DNA of 64,000 nt from an uncultured delta proteobacterium. GTDB lineage: Bacteria > Desulfobacterota > Desulfobacteria > Desulfobacterales > Desulfosalsimonadaceae. How positions within the stretch are numbered: the first letter of the stretch is position 1; every line of letters begins with the position of its first letter. The position numbers were made by a program, and so were the translations under genes. Positions 1 to 8,685 of this stretch are shown in pieces. Location of the stretch: the NCBI GenBank assembly GCA_963826785.1, contig CAWGYD010000008.1, positions 288,001 through 352,000 of the forward strand, read 5' to 3'. The notes beneath the pieces are model-generated. The model made no database searches and was not told where the DNA came from. It saw only the letters and a list, made by a program, of their open reading frames with translations.

Positions 1-416
1 GGCTTCGGCGACGACTTCGACACCTACGCTAAGGAGCTTCTCACTCGGGCTAAGGACAACGATATCGCATGCATTGGAATCACCGATTACTTTTTGATCG
101 ATGGTTACAAGGCTTTGAGAAAAATCGTTGATGAAGACACCAAGCTGGAGGCCCTCCTCGACCCGTCCTGTGCGACGCACGCAAAGAAGGTCCTTTACTT
201 GCCGAATATCGAATTTCGCTCTTCAACGATCGTTCGCTATCGTGATGCCGGGGGAAGACTCACGATAGCCGGGTCGACTTTCACATCCTCTTCGCTGATT
301 CAGTGCCATCTGAAACAATTGAAGAGGACTTCCTGCGCGAGCTCAAGTTTTCGGCCGATGGAGCACCCGCTGCACCTGATGTGAGCTCGAATTTCAAGAA
401 ACCTTTTCCGATATAG
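1..416 (+). pseudogene. PHP-domain N-terminus of a TrlF/Ppl-like PHP-ATPase defence protein; 5' end outside the window, frameshifted near 255, truncated
   Basis: Frame 1 reads IGITDYF and LPNIEFR; after a shift in the G-run near 250-254 it reads SRVDFHILF and stops at TAG 414-416 with no ATPase domain. Confidence 0.55.
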
Positions 417-517
417 AGATTCCAGGGTTTAACCCTGCGGAGAATTGATGATCGATAACTTCTAAGACAGGGCGATAAGACCTCTTCAAGTTGGTATCCA
501 TGCATAAGTAGGAAGCT

Positions 518-643
518 ATGCCTAAACCCGGAGAGCACAAAACAGTCCAGGCCCGTATCCTTGCATATGCGCAAGAGACTGGTCGTTTGTTTTTAATGAC
601 AAAAAATGGCTTCATAAAGTCGACATTTATGACGAATAAATGA
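518..643 (+). pseudogene. hsdR: Remnant 5' end of a second hsdR copy (about 22 homologous codons)
   Basis: MPKPGEHKTVQARILAYAQETG compared with MKPGEHKTVQARILEYAEAIG at 1112. Confidence 0.8.
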
Positions 644-678
644 CAAATATATACTTCTAAATCGTCATAAGTTTACGA
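620..678. promoter_or_regulatory. Two imperfect palindromic operator-like sites upstream of the XRE gene
   Basis: TCGACATTTATGACGA (620-635) and TCGTCATAAGTTTACGA (662-678). Confidence 0.45.
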
Positions 679-709
679 TATACAACCTCCAGATAAAGGA
701 GGGCTTCTG

Positions 710-1057
710 ATGAAAATTGAAGGATTATTAACGGACGAGGCGATCCTGACGGAGCTGGGCGGGCGCCTGGCCCAGCGTCGGTTGGAACTTCAGCTTACGC
801 AAGAGATGCTGGCGGAGCAGGCAGGAGTATCGAAGCGGACCGTGGAACGTATCGAGGCCGGGGCCACGACGCAAACGACGACATTGATCCGGATTCTGCG
901 GGTATTGGCGCTGTTAGATTGGCTGGAAATACTGGTGCCCGAAGCCGGACCCAGTCCGATGGATCTGGTCAAGCTGAAAGGCAAGGTGCGGAAGCGGGCC
1001 AGCGGCAAGCGGAAGCCTACGGACAAGGGACCGTGGCGGTGGGGTGATGAAACGTGA
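710..1057 (+). CDS. XRE-family HTH regulator, HipB-like antitoxin
   Basis: RLELQLTQEMLAEQAGVSKRTVERIEAG HTH; RBS AAGGAGG. Confidence 0.8.
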   Translation: MKIEGLLTDEAILTELGGRLAQRRLELQLTQEMLAEQAGVSKRTVERIEAGATTQTTTLIRILRVLALLDWLEILVPEAGPSPMDLVKLKGKVRKRASGKRKPTDKGPWRWGDET

Positions 1058-1111
1058 ATACGACGGCAGCGGTAACAAAACACAGGCTGCCCTGAGACTG
1101 GAGCTCCTTAA

Positions 1112-4100
1112 ATGAAACCCGGAGAACACAAAACCGTCCAAGCTCGGATCCTCGAATATGCTGAGGCCATCGGCTGGACTGTCGTGCCCCGCGAGGAAGC
1201 CGAGGAAAGGAGGGCGGGTTTTCCAACCCGCCATATGCAAGAAAATGGCGGACAGGGATGTCCGCCCGCCGTTAAGGCGGGTTGGAAAACCCGCCCTCCC
1301 TTGTCTCTTTTCTTCGACGACCTGCTCGACGCCAAGGTGCGGGAATTCAATCCGCGCTATGCCGAGGCCGAGGGCGCCTTGCCCGGGCGGTTCCGCCATC
1401 TCCACACCGACATCTACGGCAACCGGGAATTCGTCGAGCATCTGCGCAACCGGGGCAAATTCTTCGACCACGAGGAAAAGCGCGAGCGCGACCTGATCCT
1501 GATCGATTACGACGACCCGGCGAACAACGTTTTCGAGGTCACCGAGGAGTGGGCCTTTCACAACGGCCATTACGGCACGCGGGAGGATGTGGTCTTTCTC
1601 ATCAACGGCATTCCGGTGCTGGTGATCGAGTGCAAGAACGCCAACAAGGACGAGGCCATTGCCCTGGGGGTGGACCAGATCCGCCGTTACCACCGCGAGA
1701 CGCCCGAGCTGTTCGTGTCGCAGCAGCTATTCACCGCCACCGACGCCATCGGCTTTTCCTATGGGGTGACCTGGAACACGGTGCGGCGCAACATTTTCAA
1801 TTGGAAGCTAACGGAGGGCGGGTTTTCCAACCCGCCGCATACAAAGCTCGTATGGCGGGTTGGAAAACCCGCCCTCCGTTAACACGCACTCCTTTTTCAA
1901 TCCGCATGGTGAGATCGACAAGAAGGAGCATCGATTGCCCCATTGGCAGCAGGGCGAGGCATGGGTCTTTGTGACGTGGCGACTGGGTGATTCTCTTCCG
2001 AAGGCGAAGCTGGATCGGTGGAAGGAGGAACGCGCGATATGGCTCTCACATCATCCCGAACCGTGGGATGAAAAGACCGAAGCCGAGTATCACGAGCGTT
2101 TTTCCAGCCAGATCGACGAGTGGCTGGATCAAGGGAGCGGGTCGTGTGTGCTGAAAGACCCGGCGAACGCGAAGATGGTGGCGGATGCGTTGAGGCATTT
2201 CGATGGTGAGCGATATGAGATCGCGTCGTTCGTGGTGATGCCGAATCACGTTCACGTGTTGTTCCGACCGCTGGGCAAACACACGCTGCCGGAGATACTG
2301 AAGTCGTGGAAAGGATTCACGGCGCGGGAGATCAACAAGCGGATCGGGAAGACGGGAGCGCTTTGGCAGGATGAGTATTGGGATCGGTTGATTCGGAATG
2401 AGCGGCACTTTTTCAAGGTGGCGGAATACATCCGGGAGAATCCGGTGAAGGCAAAGCTTGAAGGAGGGGGCAGTTCATACGTGGAGGGCGGGTTTTCCAA
2501 CCGCCGTATGCAAAATTAGAATGGCGGACAGGAAAGTCCGCCCTCCTAGAGCATGGCGGGTTGGAAAACCCGCCCTCCGTTGACGTTCCCGGCCGACTGG
2601 AAGCAAAGGTCAAGACCTTCTGCGCCATCCCGCAGGTACTCGCCTTCCTGAAGGACTACATCGTCTTTGCCGAGAAGGACGAGGAGCTGAACAAATACAT
2701 CCTGCGCCAGCACCAGACCGGCGCGGTGGAGGCGGCCGTCGGCCGGGCCCTCGATCCCCGGCGCACCCGCGGGCTGGTCTGGCACACCCAGGGCAGCGGC
2801 AAGACCTTCACCATGATCAAGGCGGCGGAACGGCTTTTCCGCGCGCCCGAGGCGGACAAGCCCACCATCCTGCTGATGATCGACCGCAACGAGCTGGAAG
2901 ACCAGATGCTCAAGAACCTCGCCGCGCTCGGCCTGGGCAACCTGGAGCACGCCGGCAGCATCGCCCGGCTCAACCGGTTGCTGCGCGACGACTACCGGGG
3001 CATCATCGTGACGATGATCCACAAGTTCCGCGACATGCCGGCGGATCTCAACACGCGCGCAAACATCTACGTCCTCATCGACGAAGCCCATCGCACCACC
3101 GGCGGCGATCTCGGCAACTTCCTCATGGCCGGCCTGCCGAACGCCACCTTCCTCGGTTTCACCGGCACCCCGGTGGACAAGACCGCCTACGGCAAGGGCA
3201 CCTTCAAGACCTTCGGCTGCGAGGACGACCAGGGCTACCTGCACAAGTATTCCATCGCCGACAGCATCGAGGACGGCACCACCCTGCCGCTCTACTACCA
3301 GCTCGCGCCAAATGAAATGCTCGTGCCCGCACGAGACGCTGGATGCGGAATTCCTCTCCCTCGCCGAAGCCGAGGGCGTGGCCGACATCGAGGAGCTGAA
3401 CAAGATCCTCGAGCGGGCGGTGAACCTGAAGAATTTCCTCAAGGGCAAGGACCGGATACAAAAGGTGGCGCAGTTCGTCGCCGAACATTACCGCGAGAAC
3501 GTCGAGCCGCTCGGCTACAAGGCCTTTCTCGTCGGCGTGGACCGCGAAGCCTGCGCCCACTACAAGCACGCCCTCGATCAGTTCCTGCCGCCCGAGTATT
3601 CCGAGGTCGTTTACACCGGCAGCAACAACGACTCGGCCCTGCTGAAGGAATTCCACCTCGACCCGAAGAAGGAGCGGCAGATCCGCAAGAGCTTCGGCAA
3701 GCTCGACCAGCAGCCGAAGATCCTGATCGTCACCGAGAAACTGCTCACCGGCTTCGACGCGCCCGTGCTCTACGCCATGTATCTCGACAAGCCGATGCGC
3801 GACCACACCCTGCTGCAGGCCATCGCCCGGGTGAACCGCCCCTACGAGAACGAGGCCCGGGAGATGGTGAAGCCCCACGGCTTCGTTCTGGATTTCGTCG
3901 GCATCTTCGACAAGCTGGAAAAGGCGCTGGCCTTCGACAGCGACGAGATCAACGCCATCGTCAAGGATCTGAAGCTCCTGAAGGTGCTCTTCAAAAACAA
4001 GATGGAGAGATTTCAAGGGAGGGCGGACTTTCCAGTCCGCCTTGGAGAAGCAGACGCGGGTTGGAAAACCCGCGCTCCGTTCGAATTCAACGACAAGGAC

Positions 4101-4887
4101 GTCGATACCCTCATCGAGCACTTCCGCGATCCCGAGCGGCGCAAGGAGTTTTTCAAGGAATACAAGGAGATCGAGATGCTCTACGAGATCATCTCGCCGG
4201 ACGCCTTCCTGCGGCCGTTCATCAGCGACTACGGAACGCTCGCGGCCATCTATGCCGTTGTTCGGAAGGCCTACGCCAAGCGGGTCATGGTGGACCGGGA
4301 CTTCCAGAGAAAGACGAACGAGCTGGTGCAGAGGCATATCGGAACCAGCTATATCCTGCCCGTCGAGGACACCCTGGAAATCAATGAGGATACCGTAAGG
4401 TATATCGTCGATAAAAAGGGGGGCGACAACAGCAAGGTCATCAACCTGGTCAAAAGCATCGGAAAGGCGGCGGAAGAACAAAGTGACGATCCCTATCTGA
4501 TTGCCATGGCCGAGCGCGCGCGGGTTGTCCAGGAGGCATTTGAAGATCGGCAGGCCACTACGGCCGAAACGCTGGCCAAGCTGCTTCGCGAGGTGGAGGC
4601 GAACGAGGCCCGCAAAAAGGAACAGGCCGCCAAAGGAATCGACGGTCTGACGTTTTTCGTCTACCGCATGCTGGAGGATGCGAAGATCGGGAACGCCGAG
4701 GCCGTCAGCCGCAAAATCCGGGAGGCCTTTGTCGAAACGCCGAACTGGAAACGCAGCGACAGCCAGCTTCGGGAGCTGCGCAAGAAGGTTACTTTTGCCA
4801 TCTTTGCGGAATGTGACGACCTCGATCGCGGTAACCGCATTGGTGAATGATCTGTTCCGCGTACTGGAAAAGGCGGACAGGATTTAA
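1112..4887 (+). CDS. hsdR: Type I restriction enzyme subunit R, interrupted by a REP/RAYT insertion (about 1808-2581), with frameshifts near 3330 and 4830
   Basis: Nuclease motif REDVVFLINGIPVLVIECK and QIRRY; Walker A HTQGSGKT, DEAHR, FTGTP, LLTGFDAP, QAIARVNR; assembled from ORFs 1112, 2561, 3312 and 4678. Confidence 0.93.
1209..1299. repeat. REP cluster 1 (3 hairpin arms), translated in frame within hsdR
   Basis: GGAG-GGCGGGTT-TTCC-AACCCGCC (1209-1232), variant arm 1247-1270, inverted arm 1276-1299. Confidence 0.9.
1809..1881. repeat. REP cluster 2 (inverted doublet) on the left flank of RAYT
   Basis: Arms 1813-1836 and 1854-1877 form a perfect inverted repeat extended by TAAC/GTTA. Confidence 0.9.
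1860..2519 (+). CDS. rayT: REP-associated tyrosine transposase (RAYT/TnpA-REP, Y1 HUH family) nested in hsdR
   Basis: HRLPHW, FVTWRLGDSLP, HUH motif VVMPNHVH, WQDEYWDRLIR, catalytic YIRENPVKA; flanked by REPs; the annotated start is a TTG inside a REP arm. Confidence 0.9.
   Translation: MENPPSVNTHSFFNPHGEIDKKEHRLPHWQQGEAWVFVTWRLGDSLPKAKLDRWKEERAIWLSHHPEPWDEKTEAEYHERFSSQIDEWLDQGSGSCVLKDPANAKMVADALRHFDGERYEIASFVVMPNHVHVLFRPLGKHTLPEILKSWKGFTAREINKRIGKTGALWQDEYWDRLIRNERHFFKVAEYIRENPVKAKLEGGGSSYVEGGFSNRRMQN
2483..2578. repeat. REP cluster 3 (3 arms) on the right flank of RAYT
   Basis: Arm 2483-2505 (one C short of consensus), arms 2523-2546 and 2555-2578 with a 32-nt period. Confidence 0.9.
4018..4078. 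repeat. REP cluster 4 (diverged doublet), translated in frame within the hsdR C-terminal region
   Basis: GGAG-GGCGGACT-TTCC-AGTCCGCC (4018-4041) and CGCGGGTT-GGAA-AACCCGCG-CTCC (4055-4078). Confidence 0.88.
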
Positions 4888-4890
4888 CTC

Positions 4891-5220
4891 ATGGACAACC
4901 CGGATACAAAGACGGCGTTCAAGGAGCGGGTTCGCCACTGGGCCGAAAAGCTCGATGTGAATGTCGTCTGGCTCGGGGTGCGGCCGATGAGCAACAAATG
5001 GGCCTCGTGCTCCACCGCCGGCCACCTGAACTTCAACGCCGATCTGCTCGACCTGAAAACCGAGCTGTGGGACTACGTCATCGTCCACGAACTGCTGCAC
5101 TTCTTTGTTCCAAACCATGGAAAACTATGGAAGAGCCTGATGCGCGCCCATCTGGGCGATTATGAGGCTTATGAAGCAGAGTTGAAGCAGATAGCGCAAA
5201 ACAAGCGCTTTCACAGCTGA
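4891..5220 (+). CDS. M48/YgjP (DUF45) zinc metallopeptidase, a common neighbour of type I R-M genes
   Basis: KWASCS, YVIVHELLH, PNHGKLW. Confidence 0.85.
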   Translation: MDNPDTKTAFKERVRHWAEKLDVNVVWLGVRPMSNKWASCSTAGHLNFNADLLDLKTELWDYVIVHELLHFFVPNHGKLWKSLMRAHLGDYEAYEAELKQIAQNKRFHS

Positions 5221-5321
5221 CCTGGCTATCTTGCGGCGGTTAATAAATTCTGTGGTTAATGAGATCCGTAGTTTTATCATTTATGATCCCTTTCGCCCGG
5301 CCGGTGAAGCGGACGTTAACC
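5196..5321 (+). mobile_element. attC-like integron recombination site (putative)
   Basis: GCAAAAC-AAG-CGCTTTCAC ... GTGAAGCG-GAC-GTTAACC, with an extra unpaired T in the L box; 126 nt. Confidence 0.45.
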
Positions 5322-5356
5322 CATCCACTCGAATCTGATAAAGAGGTGAAAATTCC

Positions 5357-5668
5357 ATGATCACAGTTATTGTCGAATTCAAGCTGCCCCGGGCGATTAC
5401 AAGGGATCAGGCGCGCGAAACCTTTCTGGGGACGGCATCGAGATACAAGGGTATGGCCGGACTGATCCGCAAGTACTATTTTATTTCCTTGGACGGCACC
5501 AAAGCGGGCGGCGTCTACCTCTGGAAATCCCGCGAAGACGCCGACCGGCTCTACACAGAAGAGTGGAAGGCCTTTGTCCGTGAAAAATACGGCACCGAAC
5601 CTGCGCTTGCATACCTGGAATGCCCGGTGGTCGTTGACAACCTCTCGAATGAAATCATCTCGGACTGA
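5357..5668 (+). CDS. YdhR-family monooxygenase-like dimeric alpha/beta-barrel protein
   Basis: GLIRKYY, AGGVYLW, PVVVDN; RBS GAGGTG. Confidence 0.75.
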   Translation: MITVIVEFKLPRAITRDQARETFLGTASRYKGMAGLIRKYYFISLDGTKAGGVYLWKSREDADRLYTEEWKAFVREKYGTEPALAYLECPVVVDNLSNEIISD

Positions 5669-5708
5669 CCCGGCATTTAAGCAAGCCGATCATTAAAAAC
5701 TATTCTTG

Positions 5709-6689
5709 TCAGCGCGCCTCTCCCATGGTGTCGGCGGCATGGGCGCCGCGACTCCCCATGGGGCGGGGCTCTCCCCGGGTGGTGTCTTTCCGGGTCTGAT
5801 GCTCCATCTCAGCGTTCAATTCCGCCCCCAGCAGGATCAGGTAAGAAGTCAGAAAAAGCCAGGTGAGCAGCACGATCACCGCTCCCATGGACCCGTATGT
5901 GGCATTGTAGCTGCCGAAATTGGACACGTAAATGGAAAACAGCACCGATGCGATGATCCAGGCGACGGTGGCCAGGATCGCCCCCCCGCTCGCCCATCGC
6001 CACTGGGGATAATCCCGGTCCGGCGCAAACCGGTATAACACCCCGAGCCCGACCATGATAAAGGCCGCCAGAAGCACCCACCGGGCAATGGAAATCAGGA
6101 GCTGAAGCGGCGACGGCAGGCCCAGGTTTCCCAGCAGTCCCGGCAGGACCACGATCAAGGCCAGGGAGACGATCATAAACAGTATGGCGCCCAGGGTCAG
6201 CAGCAAAGAAACCGCATTGAACCGGATGATCCCCCGGTTCTCCTGTTCATCATAGGCAATATCCAGGGCCGTGATCATGGCCTTCATCCCCTTGGCGGCG
6301 CTCCAGAGCGCCAGCACGATGCTGACGCCCAGGCTGATGCCCAATTTTCCGCTGGAACTGGACACGATGGAGGAGATCTGGCTGCTGATGATCTGGTAGA
6401 CCTGCTGGGGGACGATCCCCTTGAAGGAGGCCACCTGCTGCTGAACCTGGGCCGGGTCTGCCACCAGCCCGTATAATGAGACAAAGGCGGTGATGGCCGG
6501 AAATATGGAAAACAGGGCGTAGAAGGCCACTCCCGCGGAAACGATGCTCAGATTGTCCTTCCCCTGCTCGTCCTTGACCCGCAGGAGAATATCCTTCCAC
6601 CCGGTTTTGGGGATCTTGGAAGGCGCATCGGCCTCCCTGCCCCGTTCCGATGATTGATCTTCATTCGCGTTCATGTCTTGACCCTCCAA
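5709..6689 (-). CDS. YihY/BrkB-family inner membrane protein
   Basis: AGVAFYALFSIFP, YNATYGSMGAVIVLLTWL, GAELNAE. Confidence 0.9.
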   Translation of the reverse strand: MEGQDMNANEDQSSERGREADAPSKIPKTGWKDILLRVKDEQGKDNLSIVSAGVAFYALFSIFPAITAFVSLYGLVADPAQVQQQVASFKGIVPQQVYQIISSQISSIVSSSSGKLGISLGVSIVLALWSAAKGMKAMITALDIAYDEQENRGIIRFNAVSLLLTLGAILFMIVSLALIVVLPGLLGNLGLPSPLQLLISIARWVLLAAFIMVGLGVLYRFAPDRDYPQWRWASGGAILATVAWIIASVLFSIYVSNFGSYNATYGSMGAVIVLLTWLFLTSYLILLGAELNAEMEHQTRKDTTRGEPRPMGSRGAHAADTMGEAR

Positions 6690-6764
6690 TAATTTTAAAA
6701 AATTCCATCCTCATCCCTTACATAATCCGCTGCATAAAATTTATGGATGCATCTTCAGGAAAAA

Positions 6765-6977
6765 ATAAGGTCATTCCCCTATCCGGCAGGGTAAATTCCC
6801 CTATTTTGAGATCAAACCGATATTCCATGCCCGGCCCCGCCGAAATTTTGCCGGATAATCATACAAAACGATTTCTCGAATCAACTGATTTATGTATCAG
6901 AGACTCAAACCTCCCGCCCTTTGGTTTCGATCATCAATTACCGCTTCTGCCGCGGGGCAATAGGGGCTTGACCCTAT
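6765..6977. promoter_or_regulatory. Three ATAGGG-N6-CCCTAT-like boxes in the divergent intergenic region
   Basis: 6765-6782, 6787-6804 and 6960-6977 (the last has perfect arms). Confidence 0.45.
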
Positions 6978-7054
6978 GGACGCCCTGCTTATTTGATTAT
7001 AAAAAAGGCAGAAGAGATTCATTATTGAGAAAACCGCGATGAGAGGAGGATAGG

Positions 7055-8074
7055 ATGGCCAAAGACTGCAGCGGTTCACAGCTTCTGGCGGCCGGATTTG
7101 CCTGCGGCGCGGCCCTGCTCACCTGGGCGGCGGTGCGCCGGACGGGTGATCCTGGCCGCAGAAAGGTTTCGCCGCAGCCCCGAAGCCTGATCAATTTTGC
7201 TGAGGCCATCGTTGCTGAGGCCATCTATGACAAGACCGTCCCCTCTAAAAAGAAGACCCGGCGCAAGGCGGTCCGCCGGTTGTACGGCGCGGCGGCCCTG
7301 CTCTCCTTCAGCGTCCTTGCGGACAGCGTACTGGAGCATTACCGCGGCTGCTTCAACAACCGGGCCATGTACATCCCGCCGGTGGCCTCCTCGCTGGTGC
7401 TGGCTGAAACCGTGGCCGGGGCCATCATGCCCGGATCCGTCAATGCCCTGCGCCGGCCCCTGTTCTTTGCGGCAGTACTCACCGGTACTGCCGGATTCGG
7501 ATTCCACGTCTACAACATCAGCCGCCGCGAAGGGGGATTTTCCTGGCTCAATCTCTTCTACGGCGCGCCGCTGGGTGCCCCCGGTGCCCTGGCCATGGCC
7601 GGCATATACGGATACTGCGCCGAAATGGTTCACCAGCAGAGCCGGCCATTTCGGAAAAAACGGTTTCCCCGCATGCGTGAAATCGGCCGGGCCCTTGCCG
7701 GTCTATCCATGTTCAGCATGCTGGGAACGGTGGGGGAAGTCCTGCTGCTCCATTTCCGCGGCGCCTTTCAGGACCGTTTCATGTACATCCCGGTGGTGCT
7801 GCCCACTCTGGGGGCACTGGGTCTGGGAAAAGCCGCCCTCCGGCCCGGCCGGCGCAGGATGGACGGCCTTGCCGCGACCCTGAAGGCCATCAATGTCATG
7901 GGGATGATCGGTTCGGGGTTTCACGCATACGGCATTCACCGAAACATGGGCGGATGGAACAACTGGAGCCAGATGCTCCTCCAGGGCCCGCCGCTTCCCG
8001 CGCCGCCGGGATTTTCCGGCATCGCCCTGGGCGGCTTGGGCGCCCTGAACCTGATGACCAGCAACGGAGATTAA
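7055..8074 (+). CDS. Internally duplicated membrane protein associated with the GMC oxidoreductase
   Basis: Two halves: HYRGCF..MYIP..GFH..GAPLGAP and HFRGAF..MYIP..GFH..GPPLPAP. Confidence 0.7.
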   Translation: MAKDCSGSQLLAAGFACGAALLTWAAVRRTGDPGRRKVSPQPRSLINFAEAIVAEAIYDKTVPSKKKTRRKAVRRLYGAAALLSFSVLADSVLEHYRGCFNNRAMYIPPVASSLVLAETVAGAIMPGSVNALRRPLFFAAVLTGTAGFGFHVYNISRREGGFSWLNLFYGAPLGAPGALAMAGIYGYCAEMVHQQSRPFRKKRFPRMREIGRALAGLSMFSMLGTVGEVLLLHFRGAFQDRFMYIPVVLPTLGALGLGKAALRPGRRRMDGLAATLKAINVMGMIGSGFHAYGIHRNMGGWNNWSQMLLQGPPLPAPPGFSGIALGGLGALNLMTSNGD

Positions 8075-8076
8075 AC

Positions 8077-8685
8077 GTGGATCATTTCAAGCAACGGTTT
8101 CCCGAATATGATGTCCTGGCCAAGTGGGACACCCCCTCCTGGAATGACCAGACCCGGAAAGTGGTGGCCAAACGGATCAATGAAATCCCCGAGCGCCGAT
8201 TTTTCGATCCCGACGAATTTGCCACGCTGGAAGCGGTTTGCGGCCGCGTCATTCCCCAGCCCGACCGGCCGGATAACCCCGTCCCCATCGCCCCCTTCAT
8301 CGACGAAAAACTGTTTGAAAACCAGACCGACGGCACCCGCTATGACGTGCTCCCCCCTTTGCGGGAAGCCTGGAGGCAAGGGCTTTCGGCCATTGAAGGC
8401 GAAAGCCGGATCCGGTTTGAAAAGCGTTTTGCCGATCTGTCGCCGGAACAGCAGGATCTCATTTTGCGCGATATTCAGAACGGCAGGACCGAAAGTCCGG
8501 CCTGGCAGGACATGCCCCCGGAAAAATGGTTCGCTTCACGGATGGTTTTTGACATCGTGTCCGTCTATTACGCCCATCCCGCATCCTGGAACGAAATCGG
8601 CTTCGGCGGGCCGGCCTCCCCCCGGGGGTATGTCCGGCTGAGGACCAACCGCCATGACCCCTGGGAGGCGAGGGAGATGCCATGA
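8077..8685 (+). CDS. Gluconate 2-dehydrogenase subunit 3-like protein
   Basis: FADLSPEQQD, YYAHPASWNEIGFGGPASPRGY; GTG start inferred. Confidence 0.8.
   Translation: MDHFKQRFPEYDVLAKWDTPSWNDQTRKVVAKRINEIPERRFFDPDEFATLEAVCGRVIPQPDRPDNPVPIAPFIDEKLFENQTDGTRYDVLPPLREAWRQGLSAIEGESRIRFEKRFADLSPEQQDLILRDIQNGRTESPAWQDMPPEKWFASRMVFDIVSVYYAHPASWNEIGFGGPASPRGYVRLRTNRHDPWEAREMP

Noticed and set aside
1860..2519. Ordinary IS200/IS605 element
   Set aside because: No tnpB, the protein has RAYT-type motifs, and it is flanked by multiple GGAG-foot REPs rather than single left- and right-end hairpins
1808..2581. Intein or self-splicing intron (IStron) as the explanation for the hsdR insertion
   Set aside because: No N-terminal Cys/Ser or C-terminal His-Asn intein motifs, and no room for a group I/II intron core; the flanks consist only of REP arms
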